DNA of 64,000 nt, taken from assembly GCF_006345805.1 (NCBI RefSeq), contig NC_043012.1:17112001-17176000 (forward strand), in the 5' to 3' direction. Positions 11,473 to 22,745 of this stretch are shown one piece after another. This stretch comes from Octopus sinensis. Lineage: Eukaryota. A program made the position numbers and the translations under genes. The notes under the pieces are model-generated. The model did no database searches and was not told the DNA's origin. It was given only the letters and a program-made list of their open reading frames with translations. Position 1 is the stretch's first letter; every line of letters begins with the position of its first letter.

Positions 11473-12309
11473 ATTATTTACATTCTTCTGTATTCTGTAC
11501 TAAAAAAACAACAATAAACAAGATTTGCAGACGAAGAACACAACCACAAGAACCATAAGAATAATAGGATAAAAATATTTTTTGCGTTAATTCAGATATA
11601 AGAAAGAAACGAACGAAGTTACCTGATAATCTAATACAAGGCAGTTAAATTCTAGAGAGCAATCTGTATGGGAGTTCGGATCCTGAAACCTTAACTGAAG
11701 ATTCATCGGGAAATCAGCTTTCACTTCAGTAGACTGGATTCAGTATTTATTTCTTGGTTCAAGGCGTCAAAAAATATTTTCTTCGTGCAACTGCGACCCG
11801 GTTACTTAGACAGTTCGCATGTTATACTTTTGAAAAGCTCCAATTTTTTAAGTAGTTTTTGTTTTGGGCCAGGTGACAGTTTCTAGTTCATACAAAAGTA
11901 CAGACACAATTTTAATGTTATATGTCTTAACTTTGACTTTAATTGGTATTCCATTTAATTCCAAATGGCTTTCCGTTTTATTGCCTATGCCAATACAATT
12001 CTTTGATTGACAGCAAAAGCAACTTTGTCACGTGAAGCTGGCAGCATATGCCATAAATAGACCGACTAAGTTTACTGCTTGCTTTATAGGTCTGCCATAA
12101 ATACGCTCCATCTATGTTTGTCTGTATCTATATCTTCAGTCATGCACTCTGTCTTGTCAAGATTAATTTGGAGACACATTTATTTTGTGTTTGCATTTAA
12201 ATGATTAATGAAATTACGAAGGTTGACCAATGTAACTTGTTAAGAGTAGCACTATCATCCAATAATTTACTTTATACCCTACGGAGGACCCAGGATTAGT
12301 GTTTTCTGT

Positions 12310-12700
12310 TATCGCTTACTTGTTGCAGGTCATAGGACTGTGCCATGCTGGAGCACCACCTCGAAGAGTTTAATAGAAAAAATCTGACCCCAGTGTTTAT
12401 CTTTTTAAAGTCTGGTACTATCGTCTCTTTTGTCGAACAGCTCATTCAGGGAGACGTAAAGAAACCAACACCGGCTGTCAAGCAGTGGAAGTGACAAACG
12501 CAAACACAGACACACACACGCGTATATATTCACATATATCGCGAACTTCCGCAGTTTTTGTCTACCAAATTCACTCATAAAACACAATTCAACCTGGAGC
12601 AATAATCAGTAAAAAAACAACTTGCTCAAGGTACCCCGCTGTGGAACTGAACCAGAAATCGGGTGTTGTAAAGCGAGTTTCTTAACCACACAGCAATACC
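12310..12700 (-). mobile_element. Degenerate SINE group B
   Basis: gccatgctggagcaccacc...gacgtaaagaaaccaacaccggctgtcaagc...ttgctcaaggtaccccgctgtggaactgaacc. Confidence 0.6.
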
Positions 12701-12777
12701 TTCACCTTGTCCACTTTTAAAGATAACTACAGTCAGTAATTCAGAGAAAAGAGGAGCTGAAAAAAATGACTCCTTTT

Positions 12778-13317
12778 TTAACCCATTGCCTGCCATGAGC
12801 CCCATTTGGGGATCTGCTAAAAACAGTCTCACTGCCGGTTGTTTGTTGTATTTAAAATGAATTGCTTAAGTACATTGCATTTGCAGAGGTGTGTTTAACA
12901 ATATTTAGGAGTTAAAGTTTGTCGTTATGAGCTCTGGCTGATTCTAGAGGACATTTTATGTCATAAATCGCAATTTTTGAACTACAGAAAAATTGACTGT
13001 TTTGAAAAAGGTGTTTTTTTTTTTTGCATTTCTCATTTATATCATTTACTGATATTTCATACACATTCGTATTTGGTAGTATAGTTAAAAAACAAAACAA
13101 AAAAAACAAAACAAATAAAATGTTTATTTTTGCAATTGAATAGAAAAGGATAAATATTCTTTTTTCAGCGATCCCCATTTGGGACTTTTCGAAATATTTA
13201 TAATTCCCAAAACAATTCACATATGAAGGAAATTTAAACACTATGTTATTTTAACTCCTAAGACACCTGGCAAAGCCAAAGATTATGAATAAAAAAAATT
13301 GGCAATTAATGGGTTAA
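12778..13317. mobile_element. piggyBac-like non-autonomous element
   Basis: TTAA|cccattgcc ... ggcaattaatggg|TTAA, plus subterminal inverted motifs ttaggagttaaa / tttaactcctaa. Confidence 0.55.
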
Positions 13318-13339
13318 CAGATTTCAAAGGAAAAAAATA

Positions 13340-13475
13340 TTCTCTTTTACTAAAGGCACAAGGCTCGAAATTTTGGGGGAGGCGCCCAGTCAATTAGATC
13401 GACCTCAGTACGCAACTGGTACTTAATTTATCGATCCCGAAAGGATGAAAGGCAAAGTCGACCTCGGCGGAATTA
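13340..13475 (-). mobile_element. SINE group A 3' fragment
   Basis: aggcacaaggctcgaaattttggggga...gatgaaaggcaaagtcgacctcggcggaatt. Confidence 0.8.
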
Positions 13476-13552
13476 AAGGAAAACATATTGTCCCTGGTAA
13501 GCTTGTGCAGAATTTCTTCAATCTCAATTATAAACGTCTCACAAAAATAGAC

Positions 13553-13975
13553 GAGGCATGGATGTTTGGGTAAGAAGCTTGCTTCTCGCCCATCTGGGCT
13601 TGGGTTCAATCCCATTCCACGGCATATTTGGCAAGTGTCTTCTACTAGGCCGACCAAAGCTTTATGAGTGGATTTGGTGGACGGAAACTGAAAGAGGCCC
13701 GTCGTATATGTATATAAATATATGCGTGTGTGTGTTTGTATGTATATATATATTTGTGTATACGTGTACATATATGTATATACGTATGTATGTTTGTGTT
13801 TGTCTTCGTATGTTTGTGTGTTTGTATTGTTTCTGCTTCTCAATTGGTATTAGATTGTTTACTTTCTCATAACTTGGCGGTTCAGCAAAAGAAACCGTTT
13901 GAATAAAGTACCAGACTTTGAAATTAATACTGGGATCGATAGGTTCCACAAAATCCTTCAATTGGTGCAAGAAGT
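13553..13975 (+). mobile_element. SINE group B, near full length, with internal microsatellite
   Basis: ggcatggatgtttgggtaagaagcttgcttc...gggttcaatccc...ggcaagtgtcttctact...gaaactgaaagaggcccgtcg-(TA/TG)n-tail. Confidence 0.8.
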
Positions 13976-14159
13976 AAACGATAAGATACAAAAGCATGTT
14001 AACCATATCCTGACCAATATTGTTATACAATCTGTATGGAATTGCGGTCAATTCTTTTTGAAAAGAATACTCGACCCAAACGTAAACCTATCACCAAATA
14101 AGTGTTCTAAGTCTACAAATTGTCCGTTTGTATTGTAGATTCTCTCTTACATATATTAT

Positions 14160-14345
14160 ATATATAAATATGTTTGATCGCTAAAACCACAAATTTTAAA
14201 AATTATCTCTGTTTATTTTCTCTTATTCCTCTTTGTTGAAGAGCGTAGGCTCGAAACGTAAAAGACTTTAAACTTTCCTGAGCGTGAAACTAATAGACCT
14301 GCTTATTGTTCGTACACCTGTATTCATATTTCGTTTTTCTATAAA
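14160..14345 (+). mobile_element. PLE-type terminal repeat fragment with hammerhead-like motif
   Basis: gaagagcgtaggctcgaaacgta...ctgagcgtgaaactaata; second copy at 32330-32480. Confidence 0.55.
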
Positions 14346-14775
14346 TTTCAACTCTCTCTCTCTCTCTCCCTCTCCATCTGTATATATATATATATATATG
14401 TTATATGAAGATATTATTGTCAATAATTTACAATAATATCAGTGGCTAGCATGCGTAAAAGAATCATAAAGGTAAAATTTTAAATTAATGATGAAGGGTA
14501 CTACTTGTAGCACCATCATGCTAAAAATAGCAGTCAAAACGACTCAAAACCACAGTTTTCACTTGCAGACAAGTGAAAAATCGAGGGAACGGGCAGTAAA
14601 ATTTTAAGACCCCGTACCATACAGGAAAAGAATCGAAAATGAAAATCAGACATACCCATATCTCAGAGATATCGAAACTTTGTGAATGATCACTTTGTTC
14701 TCGTCAGTGAGTTATACTGACCAAGGGCCTTGTGAAAACTGTATGTATGTATGTATGTATGTATGTATGTATGTA

Positions 14776-14981
14776 TACGAGGGAATGCTGACAAGTTCCT
14801 CGCTTTAATGGTATCGCTAAAGGCCGAATCTTGCGAGTTCTTTTACAGGGTTTAGAAAAACTGATGGACTGCTGCAATAAGTGTGTGAATCTGAGAGGGA
14901 AATATATTGTATAAAATCATAATTAACTGATCTTCCTGTATTTTCTTTTACCCAAAGCCAGGAAATTAGCACACCCTCGTG
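14776..14981 (+). mobile_element. Internally deleted mariner (MITE)
   Basis: TIRs tacgagggaatgctgacaagttcctcgcttt / aaagccaggaaattagcacaccctcgt; internal mariner C-terminal remnant (..EKLMDCCNKCVNLRGEYIV*). Confidence 0.7.
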
Positions 14982-15038
14982 TGTGAGTGTACACACACAC
15001 ACATACATAAATATATCTATATAAAGACGTCTCTTTTA

Positions 15039-15039
<1 letters not shown>

Positions 15040-15122
<83 letters not shown>

Positions 15123-15154
15123 TATATATGTGTATATATATATATAATATATAT

Positions 15155-15185
<31 letters not shown>

Positions 15186-15224
15186 ATATATATATATATA
15201 TATACATACAGAAATACATACAAC

Positions 15225-15279
<55 letters not shown>

Positions 15280-15302
15280 GTATATATATATATATATATA
15301 TA

Positions 15303-15370
<68 letters not shown>
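15040..15370. repeat. (TCTA)n + (TA)n compound microsatellite
   Basis: Direct inspection. Confidence 0.95.
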
Positions 15371-15371
<1 letters not shown>

Positions 15372-15720
15372 CGCGGGCGTGGCTGTGTGGTAAGAAACTT
15401 GCCTCCCAACCACATGGTTCAGGGTTCAGTCCCACTGCGTGACACCTTAGGCAAGTGTCTTCTATAGACTCGGGCCAACCAATTTGGTAGACAGAAACTG
15501 AAAGAAGCCCGTCGTATACACACAAACACATATATCTATATGTGTGGGTCTTTGTGTCCATGTTTGACAACCGGTGTAGGTGTGTCTACGTCCACGTAGC
15601 CTAGCGGTACGGCAATAGATACCGGTAGAATAAATACCAGGATTCTAAAAATGTAAGTCCTAGGTCGATTTCTCCGACTAAAATCCTGGCCGCAGTCAAA
15701 TGACTGAAACAAGTAAAAAA
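15369..15720 (+). mobile_element. SINE group B
   Basis: ggcgcgggcgtggctgtgtggtaagaaacttgcc...gggttcagtcccactgcgtgacaccttaggcaagtgtc...gcagtcaaatgactgaaacaagtaaaa. Confidence 0.85.
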
Positions 15721-15935
15721 AAGGTATATATATGTATACATACATATATACATAAATCGACTGCATTCATTGATTGACAAACTGAATTGATTACAACTAA
15801 CTAAAGTTAGAAAGTTATTGTCTATTTTTGAGTTCTAATTATATTAATGAGAATATTTTAATTATACAAAACAATTACTAATTTGGCTTTTATTTTACCG
15901 ATTGACCAAACTCGACCGAAATTTTCTACACACAC

Positions 15936-15936
<1 letters not shown>

Positions 15937-16034
<98 letters not shown>

Positions 16035-16110
16035 GTCTGTCTATCTATCTATCTATCTATCTATCTGTCTGTCTGTCTGTCTGTCTGGGTGTCTGCCTGC
16101 CTGTCTGACT
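15937..16110. repeat. (TCTA)n grading into (TCTG)n
   Basis: Direct inspection. Confidence 0.95.
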
Positions 16111-16949
16111 GTGATTGTATGTATATATGTATGCATTTATATATGCCAACAAATATACATTATATCGTATGCATATGTTAGAAAGATAGAGAACCCTCGA
16201 GCGTATATTCAAAGAAGGTGATGCAATTGGTCCTTATAAATCTGTATTCTAGGAGTTTCCAAATTGCGGAGAGGTATATTCTATCCAAAGACATCGTAAA
16301 ATCGATGAAACGGTATTAATTACGTTGTTGAATTCAATTGATTTTTCTGTAATTTGCAGCCAAGAAAATAGCTGATCTATTGTGCGTCTTGTAGGTTGCC
16401 ACAGAAAAAAGGGAAGAAGGAGTAAAAGTTCTTAAAAGGTTGGTACAAAGTGGCAGTTAAGAATATCGATGGAGTGGTATCTGAGTAGTTATTTTAAGGA
16501 ATGGTAAAATTAAGGGTAAAATACAGTTGCAGACGCAAGATTAAGAAGCTTGATTTGTAACCACGTGATTTAGGGGTTCAGTCCAACTGGGCGGCATCGT
16601 AGGTAGTGATTTCTACTATAGCCCCGGGGCTCCGTGAGTGAATTTAGTGGACGGAAACTGTGTGGAAGCCCATCATACATGCACATATACATGTATGTCT
16701 ATAAGCGTGTGTCTTTGTGTCTGTTTTATCACCTCCCACAAACCGCTTGACAACCGGTGTTGGTTTGTTTTGACCGAGCAAAATCCGTCAAGGTGGTGCC
16801 CCAGCATCGCCGCACTCCAATGAATGAAACAAACAAAAGGTGAAAAATAAAAAAACCCCTGATTAAAACATGTTAGAATTAAAACTCTCCTGATATGAAC
16901 TTTGTTATCAAAGCATGATTTGAAGGAGTCAACAGATGTAACTTATCTG

Positions 16950-17125
16950 TAATTCGGCACCACAGTGTTACCAAATATCTGCAGAAAAAGTGTTTAACCT
17001 TCAACGACATTCATGCTGACTTGGTTACTACATGAAGGGATGATGCTTCAGCTTTATCAACAGTGCAAAAGTGGACGGCTGAATTTAGGAGGGGAACGGA
17101 GAACCTTGAAAAAGACCCGAGCTTT
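16950..17125 (+). pseudogene. mariner transposase N-terminal HTH remnant
   Basis: ..VTKYLQKKCLTFNDIHADLVTT*RDDASALSTVQKWTAEFRRGTENLEKDP, resembling mariner HTH regions. Confidence 0.6.
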
Positions 17126-17268
17126 TCAGCCAGACCTCGTATTTACATTAAGCATGATGCATAAATGGTTATTTAACTTTATGCCTCTTCCATTGCATAT
17201 AAAGGATTTATAAGTAGAATTATTTTGTTGGATAGAAGAATGGTAACCCTCCACCCATGACCACTTAC

Positions 17269-17321
17269 AGAGCCTCCTAGATAGGTTGGAAGACCGGCTG
17301 CTTCTAATATGACGTACTCCA
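17269..17321 (-). CDS. Candidate 53-nt exon (phase 1 to phase 0)
   Basis: tgtcctctgatgcctttAG acceptor, consensus ctct|GTAAGT donor; xEYVILEAAGLPTYLGGS. Confidence 0.35.
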
Positions 17322-17432
17322 CTAAAGGCATCAGAGGACAGACCAATTATTGATATTAAATTAGGTGGCAAAATATAAACTATGTTAAAATATAGTATCT
17401 GCTCTGTTTGTGAAACCTACTTCTCTAAATGT

Positions 17433-17742
17433 GGAGGCGCAATGGCCCAGTGGTTAGGGCAGCGGACTTGCGGTTGTAGGATCGCGGTTTCGATTCCCAG
17501 ACCAGGTGTTGTGAGTGTTTATTGAGCGGAAACACTTAAAAGCTCCACAAGGCTCCGGCAGGGGGTGGTGGCGATCCCTGCTGTACTCTTTCGCCGCAAC
17601 TTTCTCTTACTCTTTCTTCTGTTGGCCTGCTCGCTTAGCCAGCGGGGTGGCGTCATTTGAAGGCTAAAACAATGCCAAGCACATTGTGACCAGCGATGTG
17701 TAGCAACATCTGATAGCCTGGTCGGTCACGGTGACGGTGATC
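17433..17742 (+). mobile_element. SINE group C (tRNA head ggaggcgcaatggcccagtgg) with RTE-like tail and 12-bp TSD
   Basis: A/B boxes; acttctctaaat at 17419-17430 and 17743-17754. Confidence 0.9.
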
Positions 17743-17789
17743 ACTTCTCTAAATAACTTATAAGTTCGCTTTTAATATATTATTATTCA

Positions 17790-18010
17790 AGGTGGCGAGC
17801 TGGCAGAACGGTTAGCACGCCGGGCGAAATGCGTAGCCGTATTTCGTCTGCCGTTACGTTCTGAGTTCAAATTCCGCCGAGGTCGACTTTATCTTTCATC
17901 CTTTCAGGATTCGATAAATTAAGTATCAGTTGCGTACTGGGATCGGTCTGATCTAATCAACTGGTCCCTTCCCCCAAAATTTCGGGCCTTGTTCCTAGAG
18001 TAGAAAAGAA
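17790..18010 (+). mobile_element. SINE group A monomer
   Basis: ggtggcgagctggcagaacg...gagttcaaattccgccgagg...ttcgggccttgttcctagagtagaaaaga. Confidence 0.9.
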
Positions 18011-18363
18011 TCTATGATTATTCATGCTACGTGATATGATAATTTCACAATCTCTGTAGTAAATATTTGGCCATCGTCACAGAGTAGTGAATAATTCAGT
18101 TCTGTAGTGGGAACACAAGAACCCCAAAACAATTTGTATCGTTATTCTTTTAAATTCTTGGTGCCGTAAATGGAAAAGAAAGGGATGTATCTACATATCT
18201 CTATATCTAATATCTATCGGAGTACGGCTAAAATGAAAGTTACTACTACTACTACTAACGCTAATAACTCTAATACGACCAGCCCTACTGCTATACCACC
18301 ACCACCACCACCACCTACTAACCCCAAGATTCCGAGTTCGATTCCAAGCAGTGACCTGAACAC

Positions 18364-18398
<35 letters not shown>

Positions 18399-18445
18399 TC
18401 AAAAAATACCTTAGGAATGAGAACCCAGGTTCGAAATTTCCCCAA

Positions 18446-18491
18446 GACACCTGAAGAAGGCTGGAGGGTATATCAGCCGAAACGTTGTGTT
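18446..18491 (+). ncRNA. Minimal type-I hammerhead ribozyme motif within PLE-type terminal fragment (about 18400-18550)
   Basis: GACAC CUGAAGA A GGCUG-10nt-CAGCC GAAACGUU|GUGUU: stem I, stem II and palindromic ACGU stem III all present. Confidence 0.6.
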
Positions 18492-18549
18492 AACAACAAA
18501 AAAAGATGAGGACAAATATCCGTCCAATGTAAATAATGTAAATAATGTT

Positions 18550-19353
18550 CATCGTCATCTTTAACAACTTGGAAAGGTTCCTAAACTTGGAAAATGTGTG
18601 CCTTTTCAATTGTCCGAAATCAACCGTCAGTCCCGAATTGACATCTACTTTTCTCTCCATTCTCGCAAAATCATTTCACCCTTTTTCGATAGACTTGTGA
18701 CTGGTGACGAAAAATGAATCTTCTATCGAAACTTTAAACGTCGTAAACAGTGGCTTGGTAAAAGGGGAAAAGCTCAAGCCCAGCCTAGAAGGGAACTTCA
18801 TGAGAAAAAAGTTCTCTCTATCTGGTGGGATTGCAAAGGAGTAATTCACTTAGAGTTATTACCACCTAATGCAACAATCAATGCTCAAGTCTACTATCAG
18901 CAATTAGAGCGTTTGTACCAAGCTTTAAAGAAAAAAAGACCTGCTTTAATGAATCGAAAAGGAGTGATGATTCATCAGGACAATGCGCGACCCCACACTG
19001 CAAAGATAACATTACAGAAGATCGAAGAGTTTGGTTGGGAAAAAAATCCTCATCCACGTTATTCTCCCGATCTTGCTCCTTCAGACTAACTTTTGTTTCG
19101 TAGTTTACAGAATCATTTGGGGGACATAACTTCCTCAAGTCAGGAGGCGGTCAAAACTGACATTTTAGAGTTCTTCGCTTTGAAACCAAAAGAGTTTTAC
19201 ATTAATGGGATTAAAAAAGCATGTAAATTAGATGGAAGGAAGTCATAGATAATCAGGGAAAGTACATTGATGATTAAATTTCAATTAAATATAACATTTG
19301 ATCACTTGTTTTCTTTATTCAAAATTCGGACAGAACTTATGGAATAACCTGAT
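18550..19353 (+). pseudogene. mariner (DD34D) transposase remnant with 3' TIR
   Basis: KLGKCVP...RLVTGDEK*IFY...IWWDCKGVIH...HQDNARPH...HPRYSPDLAPSD; TIR-like cggacagaacttatggaataacctga. Confidence 0.9.
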
Positions 19354-20059
19354 CAGAAAACTCACAAATGACAATGTGGTTGCTAATCGAACTTCTTAAC
19401 CACATAGCCATGCCTGTATCTACACACTGGCGCTTATATACGAACAGAATAGAATGCTTTAGTCTGTTCCGTTCTAATACCAGGATACAGTGTGAGGCCT
19501 ACTGTATTATTTAAAGCTATGCGAGCCAATTAATGTATGAAGTTTCTCAGTGATTTACAAAGGATGCAGTGATGTGTAACTGATTTTGAAACCAGTTGAA
19601 GATAAAGATTGTGTGGCTTATTGTTCATACATTTAGTGCTTTTGATATTTCGCAGCCAGAATGTCAAAAATATATAATGCCTCGCTTATTGGGATATTTA
19701 AATATTTTAACACCTCCTGCGCAAATAATGAATTATGTATATTTGTGATGTGTGTGTGTGTACGTGTACGTGTACGTGTGTGTATGTGAGTGTGCGTGAA
19801 GGAGATAGAGAGAAAGAGAGTGGAGTGTATGGAGGGTAGAAGCTAAGAGAGAATGTGTGTGTGGCCGGTAGGAGAAGAGAGAGAGAGAGAGAGTGAATCA
19901 AGTACCAATTAGACAATTAGGCCCAATAATCTGCACAGCATCGTACATACACACAGCGAAAACACATGCACACATTTCTATACTGAAAATCTCTTTACAC
20001 ACAAACACACACATACACATGCATATGTATACGCGTGTATGTGTATACACATATATGCA

Positions 20060-20173
20060 TACACGCATAACTGTGCATAATATATACATACATATACACA
20101 TATATACATACATAAATACATATATATTATATATATATTATATATATATATAGATATATATATATATATATAT

Positions 20174-20206
<33 letters not shown>

Positions 20207-20351
20207 TATATATATGTATATATATATTTATATATATATATGCATATATATATAAATATATATATACCTATATATATATATAATATTATATATATATATA
20301 TTATATATTTATTATACATATATATATATTATATATATATATATATGTATG

Positions 20352-20382
<31 letters not shown>

Positions 20383-20660
20383 ATATATATATACATACAT
20401 CTATATATATATATATAATATATATATATGTATATATAATATATATAATATATATATATATATATTATATATATATATATGTATATATATATTTATATAT
20501 ATATGCATATATATATATTATAAATATATATATACATATCTATATCATATATATATATATATATATATAATATATATATTATATACATATCTATATAATA
20601 TTATATATATATATCTATCTGTATGTATGTATCTATATATAATATATATATATATAACAT
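20060..20660. repeat. About 600-bp degenerate (TA)n tract
   Basis: Direct inspection. Confidence 0.95.
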
Positions 20661-20889
20661 ACATACATACATACATACATACTACATACATGCATAGTAT
20701 GAGTATGTGTACGTGTGAGTATGCGTATATGCGTGCACGCGAGCGTGTAAATCGAAGCCGATGATTTACTCCATCGCAACGCGGACTTACTCTCGTATCT
20801 GCTTTCGATTAGGCGAACGAATGCATATATTAACTCTATTATAAATATCGATAAATTTCTATCCCGACTGAAAACACAAACGAATACAC

Positions 20890-21307
20890 GTGTGCATGCA
20901 TGCAAACATACATACATACATACATACATACATACATACACACATACATACATACATACACACATACATAGACGTACATACATACATACATACATAGACA
21001 TACATACTTACATACACATACATACATGCATATATACATACATACATACGTGCATTCATACATACACACAGACACACATATACACATACATATAAACGCA
21101 CATACTTATATGTATACATACATACGTGCATACATACAAACACACATGCATGCATGCACATATACATACATATATACATACATGTGTACATACATGCATG
21201 CATACATACATATATATATATATATATACATACAACATATATACATACACATACATACGTACACACATACATACATGCATACATATTTATATACATACAT
21301 AAATACA

Positions 21308-21340
<33 letters not shown>

Positions 21341-21505
21341 CCATACATGAATACATACATGCATGCATACATACATACATACATACATGGACACACATAC
21401 ATACGCACAGATGCATGCATGCATATATATATATACGTACATGAATGCATACATACATACATGGACACACATGCATACGCACACATGCATGCATGCATAT
21501 ATATA

Positions 21506-21547
<42 letters not shown>

Positions 21548-21575
21548 CGTACATGAATGCATACATACGTACATA
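20890..21575. repeat. (CATA)n/(CATG)n/(TA)n compound microsatellite
   Basis: Direct inspection; source of the spurious 211-aa and 176-aa ORFs. Confidence 0.95.
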
Positions 21576-21678
21576 TGAAAGCCTTCTGAATTAGGCTTGG
21601 AAGTAATAAAAGAATTTTGGGAATCCATCGAATGCTGAACAAGATTCAACATGCGAGACTATAAACCTATTGAAATGT

Positions 21679-21805
21679 AGGCGCAGGCATGGCTGTGTGG
21701 TAAGAAGCTTGCTCCCCAACCTTATCATTCCGAGTTCAGCCCCATAGCGTGACGCCTTATGCAAGTGTCTTCTACTACAGCTTCGAGCCAACCAAAGCGT
21801 TTTGC
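21679..21805 (+). mobile_element. SINE group B head fragment
   Basis: ggcgcaggcatggctgtgtggtaagaagcttgc...gagttcagccc...gcaagtgtcttctactac. Confidence 0.8.
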
Positions 21806-21839
21806 AAATGAACTCTCATTGCAGGTACTAACACAAAAG

Positions 21840-21915
21840 GCACAGTGCGGCGACGGGCCGGATGAACTGACCTCGCGGGCTGGATCCGGCCCTCAAGACA
21901 TAGTTTGGTGACATC
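21840..21915. mobile_element. Possible hAT-like terminal fragment
   Basis: GC-rich gggccggatg...cgcgggctggatccggccc...tagtttggtgac, reminiscent of hAT subterminal regions. Confidence 0.3.
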
Positions 21916-22682
21916 ATGTCGTAGACTATCATAGTTATGAACTGAAACTCTCAATAAATTCACAAAACACCAGAAAAGTCGGTAACGAGATAAATTAGGA
22001 AAGCAGGTTAAGAACTCAAGAAATAATGCCTTAAATTTCAAACTTCATCAAAATAATAATATAAATCTGCAGATTATAAATCATAAAACTCTGAATAGAT
22101 TGTTTGATTGAGATCCCAAATCAGTCTATCGTAACCCCATTAAAATAACAAAATAACAGTAAAAATCATCCAGACAAATGAACAAGAGGAAAGTTAATGG
22201 AGATTGATTTAAGAAGCGAATGATACCTTCAACAGAAAAGCTATATGAATAGACGAAATAGAACAAGGATTCCGCAAGCTTGTTTAACGAAAGATTTATG
22301 AAATCGACGTTGCAGAACTAGAAATAGGGTGTTTAAGGATGAATACATAACGATGACGATATCACTCGTAGTGAAGTGGGTTTGTTGAATATGACGGCAA
22401 GAAGGTTGTTAGTAGACAGGTTGAACTGAACGGAAACCATAATGGAAATTAAAGCATTTCAGAGTTGATAGTATGTGGGTGAGTAAGACGTCTATCAGTA
22501 TATGTCGTACATAATTCCATTGATTTAGAAGTCATTAAGAGCGGGAAGAGATTCAAGAGGTTGTTAATTGTTGTCTTCGTCCTCTTTGAGCAGTTGGAAG
22601 TGAATGTGTTTGGGCGGTAGTTTACAGTGTCAGAGGATCATGTAACTTTACAGGGTCAGAGGATCATTGTGGTTTACTTCTG

Positions 22683-22745
<63 letters not shown>

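Noticed and set aside
18170-18454. Poly-T/P/N ORF
   Set aside because: Trinucleotide microsatellites (ACT, ACC, AAT).
20633-21642. Overlapping 122-211-aa ORFs rich in Y/I/H/T/C/V/M
   Set aside because: Translation of (CATA)n/(TA)n; the same applies to most ORFs in the track.
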